Assembly: GCA_944323145.1 (NCBI GenBank)
Contig: CALURJ010000008.1
Location: 10,727-74,726, forward strand
Reading direction: 5' to 3'
Length of the DNA: 64,000 nt
Source: Candidatus Gastranaerophilales bacterium
GTDB taxonomy: Bacteria > Cyanobacteriota > Vampirovibrionia > Gastranaerophilales > Gastranaerophilaceae
This document shows, in pieces, positions 20,018-28,868 of this stretch. Position numbers and translations under genes: made by a program. Within the stretch, counting starts at the first letter, position 1; each line of letters starts with the position of its first letter. The notes beneath the pieces were generated by a model. It made no database searches, was not told the origin of the DNA, and was given only the letters and a program-made list of their open reading frames with translations.

Positions 20018-20884
20018 ATGTCTTTATTTAATTCCGTGGTTCATACCCCGACTCTTAGATTTCAAGAAGCGTTTTCGGTAATGGGCGCTCATACAAAACC
20101 TACTGATACTAGAACAACAGAGCAGTTATTGGAAAATATTGAATATTTTGCCGAACGCAACCCTGAAGTTGCCAGGTTAAAAAAAGAATTAAAATCAATG
20201 AACCCGAAACATCTTGGTCTGGTTTCTGATATATGTGAACTGGCAGACAAACATGAAATGTTGAATACAAATATTGATATGAAAAAATTAGTTGTACAAG
20301 GCAAAAGTTTATTTGCAGCTTTAATCGAAAAACTGCCTAAAGCTTCAAAAAACAATCCGGAAGCTTTGAATTTTGCTCAGGAAGTTATAAACCAAACAGA
20401 CAATACTGCATCAAAATATTTTCTCGCATCTGCTGTAGATATGTTTGATCACCCGGAAGCTTCAAGACATTTGTCTGCAGCAAGACCGCTTGTTAAAGAT
20501 ATTGCAAAGCAGACACTCAGCGGCGGGTATCTTATGGATTATTCAAAGGAGAAAAATTTTGTAGACCTTATTGCTACTTTAATAAATCGTGCTGCAAAGC
20601 CTGAAAAAATCGCACTTATTTCAAAACTTTCAAAAGCTGCAGATAAACTCCCTGGAGAAAATCCTATATATCTTAATAGCTTTGTAAATAGCAATGCTCC
20701 TTTAATGCAGGTTGAAGAAAATCTAAAACAGCTTCCACAAATGGCAAAAGTACTGGCAAAAGAAGGAAAACCCATAAATATTGTAGATTTTGTAAATCAT
20801 AACGTTAATTTCGCCAGGGCAAAACAGAATATTGATATTGAATCTTTGAAAAATGGAAATATCAAACCGGACTTGGAATATTAG
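20018..20884 (+). CDS. Hypothetical protein
   Basis: 288-aa ORF with RBS (GAAAGGAAG) and helical composition. No family recognised. Confidence 0.4.
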   Translation: MSLFNSVVHTPTLRFQEAFSVMGAHTKPTDTRTTEQLLENIEYFAERNPEVARLKKELKSMNPKHLGLVSDICELADKHEMLNTNIDMKKLVVQGKSLFAALIEKLPKASKNNPEALNFAQEVINQTDNTASKYFLASAVDMFDHPEASRHLSAARPLVKDIAKQTLSGGYLMDYSKEKNFVDLIATLINRAAKPEKIALISKLSKAADKLPGENPIYLNSFVNSNAPLMQVEENLKQLPQMAKVLAKEGKPINIVDFVNHNVNFARAKQNIDIESLKNGNIKPDLEY

Positions 20885-22583
20885 AAACAGGAATTACAAA
20901 ACAGAATTTTGACCCTTTATTAAGCTCACTATCGCACCAGATGGCGCCATGGTGAGCTTCTAATAATTGTTTTGCAATCGGTAACCCCAACCCTGTTCCG
21001 CCGGCTTTTCTTGACAAAGAGTTTTCTATCTGTGCAAATTTGTCAAATGCATGGAGTAAATCTTTTTCTGCAATACCTATCCCTTCATCTTTTACACAAA
21101 CAAGCACATAATCGTTGTCGGAAAGTTTTATACTGTCCTTAAAGTAATCATTTATATGAATATCCCTGGAATTTACAAGTTTTGATGAGATTGTAATTGT
21201 TTTGTTTTCCGGAGTGAATTTTATCGCGTTTGAAACAAGGTTTGTAAGTACCTGCTCAAGCCGCTGTGCATCAGCTGTTATATCAGGTAAAGATGTTTGT
21301 TGGTCAGTTATGATTGTAAGTCCTTTTGATTTCGCAACTTCCGATAATGCGGATTTTACATAATCAATAACGGTGTTGATATTTGTCGGAGCGAAATTGA
21401 AGTCCATCTTGCCTGCTTCAATTTTTGATAGGTCTAACAAATCATTTATAATACCTGATAATCTCTGTACATTACGCATAGCCATTGATAAAAATTTATC
21501 GGCGGCTTCTGTCGGTTGTCCGCATTTCCCGCTCATTAATATATCAAGAGAATTTTTTATGGAGGTAAGCGGTGTTCTAAGTTCATGCGAAACAATTGAT
21601 ATAAATTCGGATTTTAGTCTTTCGAGTTTTGCAAGTTTAGTATTTGCCTCTATTATTTCCTGATAAAGGGTTGCACTTTTTAAAGGCAGTGATACCTGCT
21701 GTGCAATTGTTTGAAAACATGTTGCATCATCGGGAGTAAACGCTGTTTCTTTAAATATTTCAACGCACCCGAAGAAATTATCCCCGAGATTTATCTGCGC
21801 GAACATATTATCAAATCTGAACAGGTTAAACGTAAATCTGCTCGCAGGATATTTTATTTGTTTTATTACTTTTAAGTTTTCCGAGTCTATTTCTGCAGGG
21901 GGAGTTTTTCCCTCGAATAAAGAATTATAATTCAGTATGGTGCGAAGTTTTAAAGCCTCTATAAGTTCTTCGGATAATTCATATAACGAATTTAGAATTA
22001 AAACGGGTTTTTCTTCCGTGCAGAAAGAAAGCGTGCAGGTTAGAGAAAAACTTAGCGCCCTGTCCATCCCCTCAATCATATATTGAATAAGTTTTGCTTT
22101 ATCAAGAGTTCCCGAAAACTGTGAACTTGTTGAATATAGCGCGTTTAATCGGTATAAACTGTCAGCTAAATCCTTGTTGGAATTAGAAAGCATTTCAAGC
22201 GAATTTTTCATCCTGAGATTAACATTTATTGTTGAAATTACAAAATCATCGGACATATCATCAGTTAGAAACGCATTTGCATATTTAAGAAGTTCTTTAT
22301 CAATTTTTGAAGAAACTAAAAAAATTATAATTGTATTATTGCATATACTTTTGATTTTTTTATTAAGACTTTTCAGAGAATTGATTTGAGAATCAATAAT
22401 AATAACATCCGGATTGTCTGCGCTTATCAAATCGTATATTAAATTTTCGTCTGATAAACAGGTTAATTCGTACGTATTTTTATTAAAAATCGTACTAAAA
22501 TAATCGCATTTTTCTTTCCGCTCTGAAATAACTAAAATTTTAATCATACCTAGAATTTTATCAAATTTGTTTGTATTCATCAA
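20862..22583 (-). CDS. Sensor histidine kinase with N-terminal receiver-like and GAF-like regions
   Basis: 573 aa. HisKA H-box SHELRTPLTSI. HATPase motifs NLVSNAIKFT, DEGIGI and GGTGLGLPIAK. Confidence 0.85.
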   Translation of the reverse strand: MMNTNKFDKILGMIKILVISERKEKCDYFSTIFNKNTYELTCLSDENLIYDLISADNPDVIIIDSQINSLKSLNKKIKSICNNTIIIFLVSSKIDKELLKYANAFLTDDMSDDFVISTINVNLRMKNSLEMLSNSNKDLADSLYRLNALYSTSSQFSGTLDKAKLIQYMIEGMDRALSFSLTCTLSFCTEEKPVLILNSLYELSEELIEALKLRTILNYNSLFEGKTPPAEIDSENLKVIKQIKYPASRFTFNLFRFDNMFAQINLGDNFFGCVEIFKETAFTPDDATCFQTIAQQVSLPLKSATLYQEIIEANTKLAKLERLKSEFISIVSHELRTPLTSIKNSLDILMSGKCGQPTEAADKFLSMAMRNVQRLSGIINDLLDLSKIEAGKMDFNFAPTNINTVIDYVKSALSEVAKSKGLTIITDQQTSLPDITADAQRLEQVLTNLVSNAIKFTPENKTITISSKLVNSRDIHINDYFKDSIKLSDNDYVLVCVKDEGIGIAEKDLLHAFDKFAQIENSLSRKAGGTGLGLPIAKQLLEAHHGAIWCDSELNKGSKFCFVIPVSNIPSPV

Positions 22584-22673
22584 ATAAGTTAAATTTTGTA
22601 TATGTTTTTTATTATTCAGATTTTATAAATATTACAAAATGTAAAAAACTTTTAACAAACCATATAAAATTAT

Positions 22674-22700
22674 TAAAGAAAATTTGTGATAATACCGATA
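22674..22700 (+). promoter_or_regulatory. Candidate sigma28 (FliA)-type promoter
   Basis: TAAAG (22674-22678) and CCGATA (22695-22700). This resembles TAAAGTTT-N11-GCCGATAA with the spacing 1 nt longer. It lies about 40 nt upstream of ATG 22739. Confidence 0.25.
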
Positions 22701-22738
22701 TTCTACATGATAATAATTAATCAAAAGGAAATTCACTC

Positions 22739-24535
22739 ATGGGAATGTCAGCAGGACAAGCAAGATTATTAAGCGTAACAGCGCGTCTAACGGATAATGA
22801 ATTACGTTCGCAAATGCTCACTAATTCAAAACTTCGTCTTGCGGACAAATCCACTGCAGCCAGTGAAAAGTATATGAATGCATTGAATTCAGAAAAACTG
22901 ACATTTAAGTCTTATAATGATGACGGTTCCACAACCGTTTCCAATTTAACCCCGGCTCTTTTGTATACTTACCAGTCTTTGAAAAATCAGTATGCAATTC
23001 AAAATTCTTCTGGACAATATCTTGTATCAGGAACAGATGCAAAAAACTATGAAAAATCAAACAGTTTGTATGATTTTTTAAATTGTTACAATTTGGTTGA
23101 TGATACTTTATATGACGAATATGAAAAAGAGTATGATGTTTATGAAGATTACCTAGAGGAGTACCAAAAATACCTTGAAGAATACGCTATATATCTTGAA
23201 GAGCTTAAAGCTTATCAAGACTCAGAAAACCAAACTGATTTGTATAAAATTTTTAGTGGAGCTGTAGGAACAAGTGATATAAAAGACGGGCCGTTTCCAG
23301 AAGAAAAAAGTCAACAATGTTACTGGTCGGCGTTACAGGCTGATGACCAAAATCATTGTTCCTGTTATAGTCATGTACTTGGGCATATTCTTGATTATAG
23401 TGCGGAATTAGATACGTGTGGTAATAACGGTAATGGGGGTATGTATGAAACTTCTGCCGGATATATATTGACAATAGGTGGGAATCCTGGTGGTTATATG
23501 GATAATTCATGTAATGAAGAGATGGCTCAGGTATCTGATGGATTGAATGAGAAAGATGCTTCTGGAGAATATTTAAGATATTGTGATGGTACGGATGATT
23601 ATCAGGGTATAAGCGGTATAACTAACAGGCTGGAAAAAGCCAAGGCAGATTATGCTGCTGGGCTTATAAATGAAACAGAATTTAACCTTCAGGTTTTGTT
23701 GAGTGATTTCATTGATAATGGTGATGGGACTTATTCAATTAAATCTTTAAAACAAAAGGCAATAGATCTAAGGTTTGTTAGTGACAATTGGGGACCTGCC
23801 TTAACTAATGGTGATACAAATTCTCCCAGCTATTTATTTACAGAAAATATGTTGAGTAGAGAAACTATGATAGATATGTTAATTAACTTTACAGATGGTG
23901 ACATGCGAAAATTGACTTTAGGTACACCACCTGATGCACCTACGCCGCCTGTACAAGTCCAAGAGCCCGAAAAGCCTCAGTATGATATCATCGTTAATGA
24001 TAGTGCAAAAGCACAGTGGTATATTAATTTATGGTATATGATGAACGGTTCGGAAAGTGCCAATAAAGTAAATTCTATAGTAAATGATGATGGTACGACA
24101 TTATATGGCGTTACAAATAATGATAAAAATGAAAAAAGTGCTAGTTATAAAGAAATCGACCCGAATTTATTAAGCAGTTCGGAATGGCTTCAATTTGCAT
24201 TAACCAACGGGCTGGTTACATTGAGCCAGGCTACCTATTATAATCCGTCATCTAATGGAGATAAACAGCCCAGTTTATCCTCAGAGGGTTATACATGGAC
24301 TTCTATCATTTACACCAATGCAAGTGATATTGTTTCTCAAGAGGATTCTGTAGCAGTAGCAAAGGCTGAAGTAGAATACCAAAATTCCTTACGAGATATC
24401 CAGAACGAAGATAAAAAAATTGATCAGGATTTGAAAAAACTTGATACCGAACACAGTGCCCTGCAAACCGAATACGAATCAATCAAGAGTGTAATAGATA
24501 AAAACGTAGAAAGATCATTTAAGGCATTTTCATAA
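22739..24535 (+). CDS. Hypothetical protein with coiled-coil termini and variable centre
   Basis: 598 aa. Helical N-terminus (SAGQARLLSVTARLTDNELRSQMLTNSKLRLADK) and C-terminus (AKAEVEYQNSLRDIQNEDKKIDQDLKKLDTEHSALQTEYESIK), Y/E-rich heptads, and a Cys/His/Gly-rich middle. Confidence 0.5.
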   Translation: MGMSAGQARLLSVTARLTDNELRSQMLTNSKLRLADKSTAASEKYMNALNSEKLTFKSYNDDGSTTVSNLTPALLYTYQSLKNQYAIQNSSGQYLVSGTDAKNYEKSNSLYDFLNCYNLVDDTLYDEYEKEYDVYEDYLEEYQKYLEEYAIYLEELKAYQDSENQTDLYKIFSGAVGTSDIKDGPFPEEKSQQCYWSALQADDQNHCSCYSHVLGHILDYSAELDTCGNNGNGGMYETSAGYILTIGGNPGGYMDNSCNEEMAQVSDGLNEKDASGEYLRYCDGTDDYQGISGITNRLEKAKADYAAGLINETEFNLQVLLSDFIDNGDGTYSIKSLKQKAIDLRFVSDNWGPALTNGDTNSPSYLFTENMLSRETMIDMLINFTDGDMRKLTLGTPPDAPTPPVQVQEPEKPQYDIIVNDSAKAQWYINLWYMMNGSESANKVNSIVNDDGTTLYGVTNNDKNEKSASYKEIDPNLLSSSEWLQFALTNGLVTLSQATYYNPSSNGDKQPSLSSEGYTWTSIIYTNASDIVSQEDSVAVAKAEVEYQNSLRDIQNEDKKIDQDLKKLDTEHSALQTEYESIKSVIDKNVERSFKAFS

Positions 24536-24570
24536 GGAATGATTTTGTTAATTCAAGTTTTTATTAGTGA

Positions 24571-24595
24571 AGCTCGCGCACTTGTTGCGCGAGCT
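24571..24595. terminator. Hairpin terminator between convergent genes
   Basis: Perfect 10-bp GC-rich stem agctcgcgca / tgcgcgagct with a 5-nt loop. The flanking T run is weak. Confidence 0.55.
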
Positions 24596-24607
24596 GAATT
24601 AAATATT

Positions 24608-26818
24608 TTATTTCCCTTTTTTATTCTTATTATGTTTCTGTTTCCCGTTATTGCGTCTAGGCATGCTTGGTGCGGAATATGAGGTTTGGATACGTTTTAC
24701 ACTGTAAACATCGGGTATCGCCTGAATACTTAAAATAACTTTTTTCAAAGTATCAATATTATCCAGTTCAATCCCCAGCTCTACAATTCCGACTTTCCCG
24801 CTTTTGGATTTTACATTTGCATAGTTGATATTTGTGTTGTTATCCGAAACGGCTGCAATAATATCCTTTAAAAGTCCCATTTTTTCGGCGGTTTCAATTC
24901 TGATTGTCGTATTGTAGGTCTTGTTAACGTTGTCTCCTGACCAGTTTATAGCCATTAGTCTTTCGGGTTCAATGTGATCAAGCATAGGACAGTCCATTCT
25001 GTGAACTGTTACACCTTTGGCTCTGGTTACAACTCCTACAATGGGCTCGCCGGGGATTGGCGAACAACATTTTGCAATTGAATACATCAACCCTTCAAGC
25101 CCGATGATATCCTTTTCTGATTTTCTTTTTGTGCCGCCGTGGAAAGTATTTGACGGTTGTCTGGGCTGTTCCGGCTTTTTAAGCTTATTTATAATTTTGT
25201 TTACTGTTGTTTCCCCGTATCCGAGTGCCGCAAATAAATCTTCCGCAGTCAGATAATTCATTTGTTTTGCAACTTTTTCAAACTCGCCTGATTTGGTATA
25301 TTCATCAAAAACAGCTTTTGTAAGCTCATGTTCAAGGTTGGTTTTCCCGAGTTCTATATGTTCTTCTCTGTTGTTTTTCTTAAACCACTGTTTAATTTTA
25401 GAGGAAGCCTGTTTTGTGACGACAAAATTAAGCCAGTCAAGACGCGGTGCAGGTGTTTTTGAAGTTAGAATTTCTACAATGTCGCCGTTATGCAGTTTTG
25501 TGTCAAGCTGTGCTATTCTGCCGTTTATAAGTGCTCCGACAGTTTTATTTCCGACTTCCGAGTGTATTCTGTATGCAAAGTCAACCGGAGTAGCATTAAC
25601 AGGAAGATCAAATACATCCCCGTTAGGAGTAAATGCAAAAACCTGATCTGAAAATAAATCCAGTTTTACGGAATTCACAAAATCTTCGGCTGAGGCCATA
25701 TCTTTATCATATTCAACCAATTTTCTCATCCACGAAAACTGCATATCTGAAGGCGCATTGGCTTTTTGCGACCCTTTTTCTTTATATCTCCAGTGAGCGG
25801 CAATACCGTATTCCGCAACCTCGTGCATTTCCCAGGTTCTGATTTGAACTTCAAGAGGCTTTGAGCGGGGGCCGATAACTGATGTATGCAGGGACTGATA
25901 CATGTTGCCTTTAGGCATTGCAATATAATCCTTAAATCTCCCCGGAATTGGCTTAAATTGGGAGTGAATAAGCCCTAAAACCTCATAGCATTCTTTTTCA
26001 GTATCGACTATTACACGGACTGCCGTTATATCGTAAAGGTCGTGGAATGCTATATTCAGACGTTTCATTTTGCTGTAAATACTGTAGTAATGCTTTGCTC
26101 TGCCCGTAATTTGAGCGTTAATACCTGCTTTTTTTACATCGGCTGTAATTTTGTCAATAAGAATTTTGACCGTAGCTTCTCTGTCTGCTTTTGTCTGAGA
26201 TACAAGACGCGCTATTTCAAAATATTTATCGGGTTCAAGGTAACGGAGCGACAAGTCCTCAAGTTCTGCTTTTATTTTGTAAATCCCTAAGCGGTTTGCA
26301 AGCGGGGCAAAGATATCAAGAGTTTCACGCGCAATCTTCTGCTGTTTGGCTGTTGTCATAAAATTAAGCGTGCGCATATTGTGCAGCCTATCTGCAAGTT
26401 TTAAGAATACAATTCTAATATCTTTTGCCATCGCAATAAAAAGACGGCGGAAGTTTTCGGCCTGTCTTTCTTCTTTAGACTTAAATTGTAATTTCCCGAG
26501 TTTTGTAACACCCTGTACAAGGGATAAAACATCTTTACCGAAAAGATTTTCGATTTCTTCGGGCTGTGTATCTGTGTCTTCCAGAATGTCATGTAAAAAC
26601 GCCGCTTCAAGCGTGTGAGAATCTACTTTCAATCCTACAAGGATTTTGGCAACTTCTACGGGGTGAATAATATAAGGTTCTTCTGAAATCCTATATTGAC
26701 CTTCATGCAGACGTTTCGCAAACAGATATGCCTTTTCGATTTCTTCAATTTCAGAAGGCTCTCTGTTTTGTGCAATAAGTTCTTTTTTTATATCGTCAAA
26801 AAGAGGTTTTTCACTCAT
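24608..26818 (-). CDS. relA: Bifunctional (p)ppGpp synthetase/hydrolase (RelA/SpoT family)
   Basis: 736 aa. HD hydrolase (HPVEVA...HDILEDT), synthetase (YSIYSKM...DITAVRVIV...HTSV), and TGS and ACT-like C-terminal regions. Confidence 0.95.
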   Translation of the reverse strand: MSEKPLFDDIKKELIAQNREPSEIEEIEKAYLFAKRLHEGQYRISEEPYIIHPVEVAKILVGLKVDSHTLEAAFLHDILEDTDTQPEEIENLFGKDVLSLVQGVTKLGKLQFKSKEERQAENFRRLFIAMAKDIRIVFLKLADRLHNMRTLNFMTTAKQQKIARETLDIFAPLANRLGIYKIKAELEDLSLRYLEPDKYFEIARLVSQTKADREATVKILIDKITADVKKAGINAQITGRAKHYYSIYSKMKRLNIAFHDLYDITAVRVIVDTEKECYEVLGLIHSQFKPIPGRFKDYIAMPKGNMYQSLHTSVIGPRSKPLEVQIRTWEMHEVAEYGIAAHWRYKEKGSQKANAPSDMQFSWMRKLVEYDKDMASAEDFVNSVKLDLFSDQVFAFTPNGDVFDLPVNATPVDFAYRIHSEVGNKTVGALINGRIAQLDTKLHNGDIVEILTSKTPAPRLDWLNFVVTKQASSKIKQWFKKNNREEHIELGKTNLEHELTKAVFDEYTKSGEFEKVAKQMNYLTAEDLFAALGYGETTVNKIINKLKKPEQPRQPSNTFHGGTKRKSEKDIIGLEGLMYSIAKCCSPIPGEPIVGVVTRAKGVTVHRMDCPMLDHIEPERLMAINWSGDNVNKTYNTTIRIETAEKMGLLKDIIAAVSDNNTNINYANVKSKSGKVGIVELGIELDNIDTLKKVILSIQAIPDVYSVKRIQTSYSAPSMPRRNNGKQKHNKNKKGK

Positions 26819-26892
26819 GATATAATCATAATACAGATTTTATTTGAATTTTTCAAGTAAATCGGAAAAATTCATTCATAAGGATTACAAAA

Positions 26893-27183
26893 ATGATTAA
26901 AGAAGTTAAAGAAGGATTGCTCATTAATATTCGCGTGTCGCCTAACGCAAGCAAAAATGAAATAATAATTTCAGATGATATGATAAAACTTAAAATTACG
27001 ACACAGCCGGTTGAAGGCAAGGCGAATAAGGCTGTTATAGAGTTTTTATCAAAGCAGTTAAAAGTCCCAAAATCAAATTTCGAAATAGCAAAAGGGCAGA
27101 CTTCTAAAGATAAAACTATTCTTATAAAGCTGAACAATCCTGATAAAGTAACTGAAATAAAAAATTTTTTCGATAAAAATTAA
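26893..27183 (+). CDS. DUF167/YggU-family protein
   Basis: 96 aa. The pattern LLINIRVSPNASKNEI...LKITTQPVEGKANKAVIEFLSKQLKVPKSNFEIAKGQTSKDK is typical of YggU. Confidence 0.8.
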   Translation: MIKEVKEGLLINIRVSPNASKNEIIISDDMIKLKITTQPVEGKANKAVIEFLSKQLKVPKSNFEIAKGQTSKDKTILIKLNNPDKVTEIKNFFDKN

Positions 27184-27471
27184 TTAGCAAAAATAAATAT
27201 TTACGAATTTTATTAAATTTTGTACAGGGCGGTATTGCAATATTATATTTTTTGTATTATCGTGTACTAACAAGGAAATTAAAAATGTTACAAAATCAAT
27301 CTTTAAAACTCCATCATATCCATCATCATAGCAACCTTGAAAGGCTATGGGATTGGTGGTGCACGCTTTAAAGATTTTACTAATAAAACAATTCCGTTAA
27401 AAAATAGTCTTTCAAGGAGCAAGAGATGCGTGAGGGACTATTTTTTTACTTAAGGAATTGGAGAAAATAAA

Positions 27472-28752
27472 ATGGCAATAGCAAATATAATTTCGGCAAT
27501 CGGCAACAATAACAGTGTTTACCCTTTAATCGTACGTGACTGCGGAATAGAGGTTCCGACAAAAATTGCTCTGACTTATGAGCAGAACAAAAAAGAATCA
27601 AAAGGAATTGCATATCTCGCAGCCAGGGAACGTTTTTTAGATGAATATTCCGTATCTGCAGTGTGGCTCGGCGGTATTCCTTTGGTCGGCTGGCTGTGTG
27701 ATAAGTATATAAAAACAAAAGGTCTGAATCCTAAAGTTAATTTGAAATTGTTCAAGGAAGAAAACGGAATTCAGGGGATTGATTACAATATCAAAAAGTT
27801 CAAAGATATTGCGCCTGATGCGGTAAAAGACTTATTAAAAGTAAAACAAAATAAAAAAATGTATGAAAAACTGCTCGCTTCAAAATTTATTGCATCAACA
27901 ACAATTCCTATTCTGTTTATGGGATTTATTCTGCCGAAACTTATTTTTGCTTCATCAGCAAGAAAAATTGAAAATTTGAGAAAAAAAGAAGCACAGCAAA
28001 AGTCTACTGATAAGATAAGTTTTTTACAAAAGGATAGATTTTATAAAAATAAGGATATTAGTTTTTCAGGAAACTGGGTTGCAAAGGTCGCAAATTTTTC
28101 CGCACAGGATAAGATGGCAGTAACAGACGGCGGGTATGCTCTTGGGCGTGTCGGAACTGCAAGAAATAAAAATGAGGCCTATGATATTTCTTTCAAAATG
28201 GCGGGCATGATGTTTTTAAATTTTGTTGCTCCCAAATGGATTGAAAAAGTTTTGAATAAAGCTACAGGGGTAGAGCTTGATCCTGTAATTCTTGCTGATA
28301 AAAAATTTATAGCGCAGGTAAAGGACGGAAGTATATTAAATAATCTTCCAAAATCCGATAAAGCTGAAGATTTGTTAAAATTTGTTGATGATATTTCTAA
28401 TAAAGATACGCAATTTATAAAATTTGCAAAGAAATTCGGGAAAATACAAATATTAGAAAACGGTGTCAGAGATCCAAGAACCTATGTTGATATCAAGAAT
28501 TTAAGCAAATTTAGAAATGATATAAAAACTTTTGCGGAAACTGCAAAAGGCAAGAGTGATGATGCGTTTAGATTATTTGTTAAAAAATCAAGGTTTGCAA
28601 AATCTGCTAATATTATAACAAACGTTGCATTGAGCAGTTTTTTATTGGCGTATGCGCTTCCAAAAGCTCAGTTTAAATTCAGAAAATGGATAACAGGCTC
28701 AGATTTGGAACCAGGTCTTGCTCCGGCAGAAAAAATTGTTGATAATGCATAA
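27472..28752 (+). CDS. Hypothetical membrane-associated protein
   Basis: 426-aa ORF with RBS GGAATTGGAG and several hydrophobic segments. No family recognised. Confidence 0.4.
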   Translation: MAIANIISAIGNNNSVYPLIVRDCGIEVPTKIALTYEQNKKESKGIAYLAARERFLDEYSVSAVWLGGIPLVGWLCDKYIKTKGLNPKVNLKLFKEENGIQGIDYNIKKFKDIAPDAVKDLLKVKQNKKMYEKLLASKFIASTTIPILFMGFILPKLIFASSARKIENLRKKEAQQKSTDKISFLQKDRFYKNKDISFSGNWVAKVANFSAQDKMAVTDGGYALGRVGTARNKNEAYDISFKMAGMMFLNFVAPKWIEKVLNKATGVELDPVILADKKFIAQVKDGSILNNLPKSDKAEDLLKFVDDISNKDTQFIKFAKKFGKIQILENGVRDPRTYVDIKNLSKFRNDIKTFAETAKGKSDDAFRLFVKKSRFAKSANIITNVALSSFLLAYALPKAQFKFRKWITGSDLEPGLAPAEKIVDNA

Positions 28753-28764
28753 CTTGTAATGCTT

Positions 28765-28791
28765 GGCGAGATAAGCTTTGCTTATCCCGCC
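28765..28791 (+). terminator. Hairpin terminator
   Basis: ggcgagataagc-ttt-gcttatcccgcc, a 12-bp stem with one mismatch, 13 nt after the stop codon. Confidence 0.45.
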
Positions 28792-28868
28792 CTACTATTC
28801 TCTTATAATACAGTATTGAAAGAATTAGTTGGTATAATTTCCGAAAAGCGGCAGATCAAAAATTAAAA

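Noticed and set aside
27285-27371. A classical his-type transcription attenuator.
   Set aside because: The downstream gene is an unrelated hypothetical membrane protein. I could not draw a terminator/antiterminator pair of alternative hairpins. It is kept only as a low-interest finding.
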